A stretch of 50,519 nucleotides of DNA from Mesotaenium endlicherianum (Eukaryota): the NCBI GenBank assembly GCA_009602735.1, contig WELA01003305.1, forward strand, positions 281,568 to 332,086, written 5' to 3'. Shown here one piece after another: positions 12,178 through 24,700 of the stretch; the first letter of the stretch is position 1; every line of letters begins with the position of its first letter. Below the pieces are notes generated by a model. It worked only from the letters and a program-made list of their open reading frames with translations. It was not told the DNA's origin and searched no databases. The position numbers and the translations under genes are program-made.

Positions 12178-13694
12178 GGTCAGGAACTATGTGAACCCCG
12201 AAAATTAAGGTAAGTGTCTTGCACCGGATGTTACGGAGTGATCCGCAACATAGCTATGGTAGTGACGTACTCTTGACACAGAGGCGACATGGACAACGGA
12301 TGCTTACGACTCCAAAATTGCGCCGTGCACTCTAATGTGGACGCGCAAATCCGCCTGCAACCGACTAGTGTCAATACGAACTATTGAGTTGCTATACATA
12401 GAAATCTAAGTGAAGTTCCTTCTCGTCGACTTAGAAAGTCAGTGGCAGTCAGCGGCAGACACTCGTGAAATTATCTCAACTGGCGAAATCAGGAAAAGAA
12501 GTGTAAGAGACATCCTATGATCGGTGACGACCAAATTCAAATGATCGATATGGCACTTGTCATGGCACTTGTGCCTTCGTAATCTTTACTTCGACCAGCA
12601 TGAAATGAACGTCGCGTTTGGTCTCCATGCTTCACAATTCAACCTTAATTCACAGTGCTTCACAGCACTTGCATACTGGGCCGTAGCGCACCATGGTTGC
12701 TCCATAGCGTCGGCTTTCAGGATGTTGCGATCGTACTATCCGTACGTCATAATCTTGATGCTTAATTCACAGCGACTGACAGCGACGGTGCCGGGGAGCG
12801 AGAAAGTGTCGCTGTTCAGATTGTGCACCAGCGCGCTCTGCGGTCCAAGTGGTCCTGCACTGGCGTGCACAATTCAGCGCGTGCTTAATGGCACGTGTGT
12901 GCAAATATGTGTGTGAAAATGATTCCAAGCAACCTGAGGCAAAGCGAAGACTTGAGTAGCACACTAGTAGGACCAGCAAGTAGCATTGATGAGTAGCACA
13001 CTAGTAGGATGTAGAACAACGTAGAACGATGCGGAACCAAGCAGAACCAAGTATGGGACTTGATGGAACCAACTCGAACAGGCTCGAATGGTCCTCGAAT
13101 GGTCCGAACCAGTCCGAACGACTGGAACTGACTCAACCAACTGGAAAAATTGAAAACCGACGGCTCCAAACGGAGCCATCTGGAACCACGAAGACACCTG
13201 AGGGTACTTGACGGCTCTTTTCGTATGCACTGGTGTGCGGTCCTTGCTCTGTAGAACTGGCAGTCCTAGCTGGCAAGATGCAAGTTGCAACTCGGTTGAG
13301 CATTTTAGGCTCTTTTCCGCTCCTAGCAGTCATGCTAATTGTGAGAGCAGTAGGCATTTGATAGGCAGCGATAGAGCGAGGGTCCTCGTCATGAGGTAAC
13401 AAGAGAGATTTCTACGTTTAACCGCTTTGGGCGCGGGTCTCTATGTTAGTCGCCTTCCACATTTGGAGCAAATTCCTGTTTAACAGGACTTCTGGTATTG
13501 GGATGATACAGCCGCTCGAAGTGGTGATCATCTGTTCTTGAAGAGCGTTCATATTGGTGACCGACGCTGACAGGAGGATTGTAAAAATAGCATCTGCAGC
13601 TAGTGAAAAGAAGCCTCGGACAGAGCTTGCGTTTGGCGGGAGCGCAGGCCGTATTAAGTGGCAGCTACATTTTGGAGGGTGATATTTCCGGGGC

Positions 13695-15539
13695 ATGGAA
13701 AGCGCACCTCAGTCCCAGCCGTTTGACCCCCGTGTATGGCCCGGTTTTGAGAAATTTAACCACGTCCAGGCCATTCTAGACCACAACAGATTACTCATCA
13801 ATGAAATTAACAAGAACCACGAGGAGAGAAACCCGGAGGGCCTCATGAGAAACGTGGCGCTGATCAGAGAACTGAATCACAACGTTGCTAAGGTACAGTC
13901 CTAGCTCCCTCTGCGTCCATACATGGCACATTCTTGGAAGATGGGGCAGTGCTGCCACTTTATTTTGCGTATGCATGTGGGGGAAAACATCACTAGTTGT
14001 GGAGTAATGTGTGAAAGTCGGGCGAAGAGGGCTGCCCTTGCAAGTGCATCTTCGTAGTTTGTTAAACAAGGTACCCTCCAGTATCTCCAATTTGTCAGGA
14101 AACCTAGATTTCACGCACTTATATCCTGTTTCCTGACTTGACTAGGCGGGAATTGGGTGGAAAGAAATAATGATCCCACAATTTGGAATGTGGCAGCTCA
14201 AGTATACATGTAGAACCATGCCTGTTGAATCTCCATGTTGCCCGTGCAGCATCTTTATGATACCCAAGAAGAAGTTATGGGGGATTTGAGAGGAATCGGA
14301 CTGACTATTCAACTTCTTGGCTCGATGCATCTGTGTATCGAAGCCTGGGCATGGGGTTGTCTTCAGCCCTAGGTCCCTGGGCTGAATGAGTTTCCTTTTC
14401 CTCTGGGTGGGTGGGGTTCGTTTTATTCCCAAGTGAGTGGGGTCTTTCTGTCCCTAGGTTCTTGACTGATCCTGTCCACTCTGCTGGACTGGCTGCGTGA
14501 GCTGGTCAAACTGGTTCGTGCCTTGTCATGCACAAAAACGCAACAAAAAGCCTCATGAATGCCCTCGTGATGGAATGTCAGGCCATACAAAGTTCTGGGG
14601 CAGCTCTTATTTGGCTCAGAGACTTGTCTAGTCTAGAAGAACCAGAAGTTCTTGCTGAACCTGATTTGACTGAGACAAGTTGATTGCTGTCTGTTGTCTC
14701 TCAGAATGATGGGATCAGAGGAGCCTCTTAAGAGACCGACAGCTGTCGGTTCCTCCCTCTTGCTGATTGTGGCCCTAATCTAGCTGCTTGAAAGAAGCCA
14801 ACAGCTGGCGGTTGCTCCCTTTTGCTAATTGTTGCTCTACCCTAGCTGCTTGAATCAAACGTTTCTCCCGCATAGGATCGATATAGGAAGACTGGGGCGT
14901 GACGTGCTTCTAATGTGGTGGACCCATCTGATTAAGTTACTCAGGGGGGTCTATCTGGTTGAGCTTCCCGTTGTGTTGCATACGCTGCTGGGGACTCGTG
15001 ACTCACGAAACATGTGCAACACCTGTACCGGGAGGGGGCAACAAGAGGCAGCCTTCTGAATACCTTGAGGGACGGATTCTCGACGGGATTTTTGACAGAA
15101 TGCGTTCTTGATGGAACGGCTTCTTGTCAGAACGGGTTCTTGACGGAATGGGTTCTTGAACAGAATGGTTTCTTGACATAATGGGCTCTTGACAAGATGA
15201 GTTCATGACGAAATGGGTTCTTGAAAGTGGTTTCTTGATGGATTTGGTCTTAGACGGTATGGTTTCTTGACGGAATGGGTTCTTGAAAGAACAGGTTCTT
15301 GGCAGGAAGGGTTTCTGACAGAACGGGTCTATGCTTGGCGCTTAATGACTCGGATGAAGGTAGTCTCGCTGCATGTGTCAGAGTCCGATTAACTCCTAAG
15401 TGTCAATAGATAGACCGAATTGGCTGATGAGGACGAGGGGTCACTCTCGCGTGTGCAGGTTGTGGACTTGTACGGGGAGATCTCCAAAATCTTTGTCAAG
15501 CACTTTGGGAGCAGCGCCCGGGGCGATGCTCCAGAGTAA
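13695..15539 (+). CDS. EARLY FLOWERING 4-like (DUF1313) circadian clock-associated protein, 92 aa
   Basis: Exon 1 is 13695-13892 (..FNHVQAILDHNRLLINEINKNHEERNPEGLMRNVALIRELNHNVAK|GTACAG). Exon 2 is 15459-15539 (TGCAG|VVDLYGEISKIFVKHF..TAA). The join restores the ELF4-family signature VQxxLDxNRxLIxEINxNH...RNVxLIRELNxNxxxVVxLY. Confidence 0.92.
15070..15330. repeat. ~16-bp degenerate minisatellite (GACGGAATGGGTTCTT-like) in the ELF4-like intron
   Basis: About 15 degenerate copies. A separate ~62-bp duplication lies at about 14739-14854. Confidence 0.85.
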
Positions 15540-18439
15540 TTACGGCGGCCGCGGCCAAAGCAGCAGCAGCAGCAGCATGAGCATGTCCGTAGCGGATGTC
15601 ATCAAAGCAGCAGCAGCAGCAGCCGTGGAGCAGTAAGCACGCGGGGGAGAAACTAATGGGAGCAGAAAGAGCGCGCGCACGGCTGCAGGCTCCTTCAGAT
15701 GCTCCTTTCGGATATCGGGTGATGCTCGGGAGTGGTTGCAGCGGTGGCAGCAGTGGGCAGCGGAGGGAGGATGTGTCTGAGAGATTCTCGAGCTCCTCAT
15801 CCGCCGAGCATCTTACGATTAGTGCACGGGGCTATGCACGGCAGTGATGGGGCCGATGGCAGCGGGCCGCCGGGGGGGGGGGGGAGGGGGAGACGGGGAA
15901 GGACGTGGCAGAAGAGGATGTGCGTAGGATCCTCGAGCTTATTGTCGAGCATGTCAGCAGAGCAGAGCGGCGGTGCAGGGGCACCTTAGAAAGAGCGCAG
16001 CGGGGGAAGAGGGGGGGGGGCGGAGGGGAGAGAGGTCGGCAGCGGAGGATGCCTGCGAGGTCCTTAGTCTTTTGTGTCGTGGACCTTAGCAGCATTGCGG
16101 GCAGGAGCATCTTGGATGCTCTTGGAAACAGCGCAGGAGGGCGCATGAGCTCGTGTCTGAGTTCGCTCCGAGCTTGCTTCTCCAGCTCTCTTTCTATTCT
16201 CGACAGCTGGCGGCGCGCGTGCCGCACCCCTGTGCTCGTCACTCGTCTTCCACCGTCGCATCTCAGATCTTCCAGCCCCCCACGTCCTTACCGCTGATCA
16301 GAATTTCCTTCCCTGTAGTAGTAGCGTACCTCGCATGCCTCTCAGACGGGCCTAAGTAACTTTGTTGATATATATTTTAGGATATTTTACTAGGATATAT
16401 GTAGACTAGATTACATCCAGGTCAGCAGTAGCCTCCCTCCCGGGGCCTACCTGAGAGGGATCACGCTTGCGCGCTTTAGGGTTTGGTAGCGAGCCAGAAA
16501 GTGAGAAAGTCGAAAAGTCGGAAAGCTCTTCTCCCTGCCCTGAGCGTTAAGAGTGAGCTAGAGGTGCTGAAACCTGTACATCATTCTGAGTGATAAGTTA
16601 GTTTTTGGATGTCTCCACTGCGTGCATAGCGTGCATATCACATGAGCATTCACATGTGCATCGCCATGTAGTAGGGCCCTCAGCCCCGACTTAGCAGATT
16701 GAGCTATATGAGGGAGGAGCGCCAATATGCATCACACATGCGCATCACATGTGCATTACAATGTGCTTCATCATTAGTTGGGCCCTTGGTTAGCAGATGT
16801 AGCAAATGGGCTACAGTAGGGAGTCGAGTTGACGAATGCTAGCGTAATAGCGCGAGGGGCTCGCTGCGCACAGAAGAGGAGGAGTCGAGATATGCTAGGA
16901 TAGCTCTGTGAGAGGCTTACTTTCGTCTGCAGCTGCTCTTGGCTCGGCCCTGTTTTCAGCTCGGCCCCGTGTCTGGGCATTTTTGGTCTGATGTAGCATT
17001 AGATAGTGTAATGAAGACAGGAAGATGATGATGGCCCTTGATGGTGGTCTTGGAGAGAACAAATTTGGGATGGCTTGAAGCTTTAGCGACAGGCATAGCC
17101 TAGGAGTGAATTTTTGTGAACCATTTTTTTGCCGGTGAGGTGCACACCTCTGTGCTTGTCATAAGGTCATTCATGTCACGGAAGCCCCCTAAGCTGGAAA
17201 GTTTTTTTGGTCCTTTATGTTCTTTCTAGCTCTCTCAGGTTATGACCTCCCAGGCTTATGTCTGTGTCGCATGCGTGCAGATACGTAATGTGTTACTTAC
17301 TTATTATAATCTAGCTTACTGTGCATCGCAAATTTAGTTATTTTAATCTAGCATACAATGCATCGCAAATGTGGCCAGTAAAACATTTCTCGACGATTTG
17401 GGCACAGCTAGCTAGGCTTGATATGTTCTGAAGTCCCTCGTACGAGCGCGCAATGTGACCCAACGCATGCACCCAACCCTTGGTTGCATATATGCGCAGT
17501 GCAAGGATTAAAACATTACCGTGACTAAATCTACCTCTCACTACCCATGCAAGCAAAACATATTGTATCAGAACCACTTATTAAAGGCCATCTCCTGTAT
17601 CACGCCTAAAAAATTTGCGCTAGAATTTGTGCTAGTCCACGCGGCATAACGACGGGCGTATGGGTTTGGACCAGCAGAATCTTCATGCGCACGCAGACAT
17701 GGTTTGCATGGGCTGCATCCTCTTCTAACTAAAAGTCGGAATGGAGCACTTTGCCCACACACAATTCACATGCAGAGTGGTTTCAGGAGAGTTGCAAACA
17801 AGGAAATGTTACCTAGACCAAAGGACTTTAGATAAGATCAAGCTGCCCCAGCAGCCTTATTAAGTGGAAGACCAGAAAGTCCTTGGCCCAACAAAGTATA
17901 GATATACGTTCATATTTGTCAATCAATCACTCTACGCCTACTCTCTATCCTCATTTACATGTCTCATTCATCAACTCCCAAATAAGGGCCCGCTTCGCAT
18001 ATCCGAACCAAATGTTGATATTTTCACCGCCTTCTTCCCCTCCTTCATTTCCTGTACAGTAGCTTTTCGCGCTCCATTCTCAACGTTTTGCTGACGGCAA
18101 CTCCCACCCAAGCAGTATCTCAATTCCTCACATTCAGGCACCTCCACAAAATGCCAACTTTTCAAACGTGTGCCCCCCCAGAAGCTAGAGCCCCACTTTC
18201 AAGTCGCCAACAAGTCATCCAGACACGCCAAGCAGAGCCGCCGGCAGCATTAGCCCCCCACACGCGCCAGCTGTGAGATTCCAAAGACAACACCTGGAGC
18301 CCTCTCGAGCTGGCTGGCCGGCTGGCTGGCTTGCTGGCTGGCTGGCTGACGGGATGGCGAAACTAGCTCTGCTACGAAGTGCGGCACATGTCCCAACATC
18401 TCCAACTATAAAGTAAACCGCGGAGCTGTCCCTCTCTCT

Positions 18440-21400
18440 CTACGCGCAGCACGCGGACGAGCGGGGAAGCGCGCGGCTGGCGGCGCGGTCAGTCAGGGAC
18501 ATGCCAGCTGGCGCCTGCAGGGGCTGCGCCTTGGGAAGCTTCCTCGCTGCACGCACCGCCACCCAGGGAGGGACAGCGATTAGAGACACATGCACGCGCA
18601 CGCGCGCACGCGAGTCCTTTGAGCCGCCAGTAAGCGGCAAATGGAGCTATCAACAGTGAGCGGCAAACTTTTTCAGCTGCACACGCTGTCCAGCTATATG
18701 TACTAGAACTCAGCCGAAACAAACATCTGCAAGAGGTGAAAGACACCCATAGGCAGAGCAGCAGAGGGCGATCTCAGATGAGACGAGCAAAAAAATATTT
18801 CATCTAGACCTGCTGCCATTGAAGAACTGCAAAGCTTCATAGGAAGTCATACAACGAGACAAGGGGGGGAGCAGATGGAGGGGGGAGCAAACGTGGGGTT
18901 AAGGTGTCAAAAGGACATTAGAAAGACATCTAGGCTTGATAGAAGCCTCAGCAGGAAGGGGCAGAGGAGAGGTCTGTAGAAAGACATCTGGGCAAAAAGA
19001 GACGTCTGCAAGGGTGCGCGACATGAAGGGCAGGTGAGGCAGGTGGCACAGCCCGTTGGAGGGGGCTTGCGACAAAGGCGGATGAGGCACGTGTCAACCT
19101 GAGAGTCACTCTTAAAATTGAGAGGGAGAGAAAGAGAGGGAGAGGTTTTTGAATCCTAAGAGCGGAATGCATGCACAGGTCCAGCTGGGTACGTACTGCA
19201 ACTCAAAGACTCCAGACACCGGGCTTGACATGAGGAGCCAGGAGGAGGAGAAGGAGGAGGAGGAGAAGGAAGAGGCAGGAGGAGGAGGAGGAGGAGGAGG
19301 AGGAGGAGGAGGAGGTAGGGAGGAGGAGGAGNNNNNNNNNNNNNNNNNNNNNNNNNNNNNNNNNNNNNNNNNNNNNNNNNNNNNNNNNNNNNNNNNNNNN
19401 NNNNNNNNNNNNNNNNNNNNNNNNNNNNNNNNNNNNNNNNNNNNNNNNNNNNNNNNNNNNNNNNNNNNNNNNNNNNNNNNNNNNNNNNNNNNNNNNNNNN
19501 NNNNNNNNNNNNNNNNNNNNNNNNNNNNNNNNNNNNNNNNNNNNNNNNNNNNNNNNNNNNNNNNNNNNNNNNNNNNNNNNNNNNNNNNNNNNNNNNNNNN
19601 NNNNNNNNNNNNNNNNNNNNNNNNNNNNNNNNNNNNNNNNNNNNNNNNNNNNNNNNNNNNNNNNNNNNNNNNNNNNNNNNNNNNNNNNNNNNNNNNNNNN
19701 NNNNNNNNNNNNNNNNNNNNNNNNNNNNNNNNNNNNNNNNNNNNNNNNNNNNNNNNNNNNNNNNNNNNNNNNNNNNNNNNNNNNNNNNNNNNNNNNNNNN
19801 NNNNNNNNNNNNNNNNNNNNNNNNNNNNNNNNNNNNNNNNNNNNNNNNNNNNNNNNNNNNNNNNNNNNNNNNNNNNNNNNNNNNNNNNNNNNNNNNNNNN
19901 NNNNNNNNNNNNNNNNNNNNNNNNNNNNNNNNNNNNNNNNNNNNNNNNNNNNNNNNNNGGGGGGGGGTTTCAATGAGCATGGGGAAGCAATGATGGGGAT
20001 GGAGATGAGGGTCTCGACGTGGATATTCTGTTGGTCCTCTGGGTAGAGCTTCGTACCAAGCAAGACTGGGTGCGCATGCACATGTGTATGCTCGTGCATG
20101 CATGCGTGTGCGTGCGCACGTGCGAGTGCGAGTGTGCATGCACGCGCATGTGTGTGTATATGCGTGCGCGCGCGTGTGTGTATGTGTGCGTATTTTGTGT
20201 GTGTGTGTGTGTGTTTGTGCGCACGTGCGCGTGCGCATGCGTATGTGTGAGTGCGTGTCACAGTAGACGGTGTCTGCGTGCGCGCGTGTGTCGTAGCAGA
20301 AACATCAACAAGCACACATGCACGACGCCTTGCGCTTGCCTTCGCAACTGAGAAACCGACTCAACCGAGACTCACGCGTGCTCCCCCGCACGCAAGGAGC
20401 GGAATGTCTGCGTACGATGTCTGCGTATGTGCTGTCGCTTGCCTACCACCGCTCGGTCCCTGCACATCCTGTGGGCCAAGACTGGATGCCGATGGGCCCA
20501 TGTGCTGGTGCTTCAGTCGCAAGCAGGCGGTTGGTTGATGGGCACGCAGAAAATCATACTCTCACTGCACTCTGCAGTAGACGCCACTCCTCGCATCAGC
20601 GCAAAGGAGAGCACAAGAGAGCAGAGGACCAGAGCAGAGGAGAGCAGAGGGAGCAGAGGGCAAGAGAGCAGAGGAAAGCACAGGAGAGAAGACGAGAGCA
20701 GAAAAGAGCAGAGGAGAGCAGAGGAGAGCAGAGGAAAGCGAAGCGAAGCAGGAGAGAGAAGTGCGGGCAGAAAGAGCGGGGGGGAGGCCCAGGTGGGGGG
20801 GGATACCTCGGCTTCCACCTGGCGCTTGGACGACAGGTCAGCCTTGTTCCCTGCCAACGCCATCACCAGGTTGGGGTTTCCTGCAGGGGGGACCACACAT
20901 GCGCACAGACATATATACATACACACATTTACACCAAACACGCACACACACAAAAATGAGGATTCTCAGGGGACAGAGACAAAGAAGGGGCAACCAGGGT
21001 GACAAATTGATAGCAACACTTCAAGGAAACCAAATTCATCAGCCCATATCAGGCTGAACGATCTCTACTATGGACGCGGCGCGTCAAGGTGATACCCTGG
21101 AGCGGCCACACAGAGACTTGACAAGATGCAGATGCACTCTCGCTTTCAGGACTTGAGTGTGTGTGTGCACGCGCGCGCCTGTGTGTGTGTGTGTGTATGT
21201 GTGCGTGTGTATGTGTGTGTGCGCGCGCATGTGTTGTCTCTGTGTGTGATCGTGTGTGCGCCTGTTTGCGCGCGTGCACATATGCAAACTGGAAGGAACG
21301 CGGGTGCGCAGCGTCCGACGGGGTGGACTGAAGAAGGCCTGAGGTACATTGGCATCCACAGCAGATGCAGCATTCAGCGACGCAAGCAAGGTATGGGTGC

Positions 21401-21699
21401 ATGCATTGCTCGAGCGTCACCATGCACGCGGACGTACATGCACATGCATGAACTCAAAGCCGGGCCAGCATGGATGACACAAGCGCACATGCACTCTCCC
21501 TCTCTCTCTTTCACGCACACAACCACGCAGGCATCATGGGCCAGGGCAACTTCTTCCATGGGGGCGGGGTGGGTGCACACACGCGAGGGAGAGAGCAATG
21601 AAGAGCATGCAAAGACATACACACACGCACACACCTTGCCTCTGGAGCTCCTGCACCCACTTCTTGGCCCGCGCAAATGATTCCTGCAGCGCGCACACA

Positions 21700-21730
<31 letters not shown>

Positions 21731-24700
21731 GCGCGCGTGCCCGCATGCAGCACACATCCCAACAAGTCAGCAAGCAACCCGGCGGGTAAGCGCAAACATG
21801 TCACCCAACACGCCCTCGGAGGCTACACCCACGCTGCTTCTGGAAGATTGCCTCTGCCCTTCCCGGCCAGCAGCTATCCACCTTTCGCGACCGGCAGAGC
21901 CCGCTTGCCTGGCACGAGCCCGCCGGTACTTTTCAGCCGCAGGAGCCTCTCTGGCAGAGGGGCAGAAAGCAAAAGAGAAAGCACATCCCTCTCTCACGGC
22001 CACTTTCCAGTTGGGGCCCCTCCGTCCTGAACTTAACTGCCCCTGCAGTAGCAGCACCTCGTCTGACTCTGGATTTTGTTTTGACAGGGAAGCTTGGATA
22101 AGCGGCAGCTAGTCGACCTGCTCTTCTTGCTCCTGCCCGTGCCTGTTCCTTTGCCCCTGCTGTCCCTTTGCCTGTGCTGTCCCTTCACACGTGCGTATGC
22201 CTATGCCTGTTGCCTCTGCCTGTGCCTCTGCTTGTGCCATCGCCAATGCTTATGCCTTGGCCTGTGGCCCTTTCCACCTCGGTGAATGTGTGTGACTGTG
22301 CACGTGTGTCAATGAGTACGCGTGTGCGTGTGCGTGGCGGTGTGTGTATCTGTGCTTGTGCGCAGAGCAAAAAATGGATTAAATGTGCATGATTACAACG
22401 GGTATGCCTCAGCATGTGGCTTAATTTTCATGTCCATGTAGGTGAATGAAGGTCTGCGTGTGTATGCATGCGCATGTGCACGAAAGGGAGGGAGAAGGGG
22501 GGGCCCCGGAACGGGGGAGGAAGGAGGGGGGGGAAGAGAGAGGAGGGAGGGTGGAGGGAGGGAGGAAAGAAAAAGAGAGAGAAAAGCATAGAAAGAGAGA
22601 GAGGCGGAGAGAGCAAAAGAGCAATGGAGAGCGAGACGGCTTGAGAGAGGCGGCGAGAGCGAGAGAGCAATGGAGAGCGAGGCGGCTCGAGAGAGGCGGC
22701 GAGAGCGAGAGACAAAGAGCGCGCGAGAGAGAGGGAGAGCAGGCCTCACGGTGTTGGTGATGTCGTAGACGATGACAGCCGCCGCCGCCCCGCGGTAGTA
22801 CATGGGCGCCAGGCTGTGGTAGCGCTCCTGGCCTGCCGTGTCCCAGATCTCAAACTTCACCGTCACGTCGTTCACCGCCACCGTCTGCGTCAGAAACGCC
22901 GCGCCTATCGTCGACTCCTGCACCCCCCGCCCCCTTGCCCGAGTCAGCCAATCATGCTACACATGCACACAGCAATTTGAAAACTCCTGTACGTTGCAAC
23001 CCCCTGCCCCCCCCCCNNNNNNNNNNNNNNNNNNNNNNNNNNNNNNNNNNNNNNNNNNNNNNNNNNNNNNNNNNNNNNNNNNNNNNNNNNNNNNNNNNNN
23101 NNNNNNNNNNNNNNNNNNNNNNNNNNNNNNNNNNNNNNNNNNNNNNNNNNNNNNNNNNNNNNNNNNNNNNNNNNNNNNNNNNNNNNNNCCCCCCGCGCCG
23201 CCGCCTGTGCAAGCTCAGGAGCATGAAGCAGATTCCCCACCGCAGAAGTGTGAAGCAGCTCTCCTCCTCTTCTCCCTCCTCTTCTCCACTCCTCGCCTCT
23301 CCTCACCTCTCCTTTCTCTCTCCTATTCTCCACTCCCCTCTCCTCTCTCCTTTGTCTCTCTCCTATTCTCCACTTCCCTCCCCTCTCCTCCTCATTTCCT
23401 CTCCTCTCCTCTCCTCCTCTCTCCTGCCTTCCCTGCACTCACCTCTCCCCCCGCTTCTCTTCAGCCACTCTGGACAAGCATGTTATTGACCCTATCATGA
23501 CTCATGCTGCCAGCTGGTGTCAGGTGGAGCCAAGCAGGGCTGAGGTTGGATGTGGAAGGGGGTGGGGGAAAGAGTCAGACAACAATGAGAGGCTTAAAAC
23601 ACGTGGCACTCGACAGGCGACGTGGCGATGCTGACAGGGCAGGGTGCTGATGTGGCGCTCACCTGGTACTCATGAAACTGGCCCTTCACGAAACGCAGCA
23701 CCAGGCTGGACTTGCCAGCGCCCATGTCGCCCAGCAGCACCTGCAGCCAATCACAGAGCGCCAGGTGCCGCGCCGCCAAGCCCCCGTCAGACCCTAGAAG
23801 TTTGGAATCACAGGAAGCTGCACGCACTGGCACGCACTGGCACCCACTGACATGCACTGGCACGCACCGGCACCCACTGGCACCCACTGGCACGCAGAAG
23901 TCCATGTCGAGGTGCGTATTCCATTCCCCCAGGGAGCGAGGCTGGGTGGGCTGTCCAGCTTCTGCCCAAGCTGCCAAGTGTCGGCTGCTACGGGGCTGAG
24001 TGGGCGAGGCGTGCCAATCTGGAATCATTCCGGTGCCATTCCTGCTAGGGTTCTCAGCAATGACGCCTAAGAAAAAACTGGACGTAGAAAGGCATCCCCA
24101 TGAAGATTTTCTTGCCCACACTATCTACCCGACTGCCTATTTGCCCATCTGCCCATCTGCCCATCTGCCTATCAGCCTACCTGCAGGTGCTCTGCATATA
24201 TACAACTTTTTTCTTTCATCCCCTTCACTCATTCATGAGATAGGCGTATTCAGTGGCTAGCTGCGTCCTCATCACGAGCCCCTCTTGCATTTGCCCCCTT
24301 GTCGCGCCGCAGCTGCAGCTGATGGACAGTGTCATAGCCTAGCCCCCACTCCTGGTGCCCTCTGCCAGTACCTGGCATGACTGGACTGGACTGGCAGCCG
24401 CCGTCAAGGGCAAGACCCGCGTGAAGCTTGACCTGGCCACTTCCCTTTACCGAGGAACCCCCCTGCTGCCCTCCGTCAGTCCCCATGGAAACGCCCATCT
24501 GCACGTAACTTCCTCCCCCTGCCCCTTGACCTTCCTTTTTTCCCTTCCCCTCCCTCTGTCCCTGCCTCCGTACCTCACTCGCCCTCCCTCGCTTCCTTGA
24601 CCTCCTTCCCTTCCCTTCCCTCCCCCCATACCTCCCTCCCTTCCTGCCTTCCTCTCTGCCAGCCAAGCCACGCCTTTGGCATATGACGACGTGCATTGCT

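Noticed and set aside
11581..12213. 210-aa plus-strand ORF antisense to CIPK exons 1-2, ending near AAGGTAAGT
   Set aside because: GTG start and no recognisable motif; best explained as an antisense shadow.
13679..13690. GATATTT as an evening element upstream of the ELF4-like ATG
   Set aside because: Not the full AGATATTTT, and it lies immediately before the start codon.
15070..15330. Regularly spaced repeats as a CRISPR-like array (also 1901-2020 and 10787-10960)
   Set aside because: These are degenerate head-to-tail minisatellites without unique spacers, located in eukaryotic introns.
19149..20315. Long ORFs spanning N runs (also about 7530-8600, 29256-30246 and 35250-36030)
   Set aside because: Their length is an artefact of undetermined bases.
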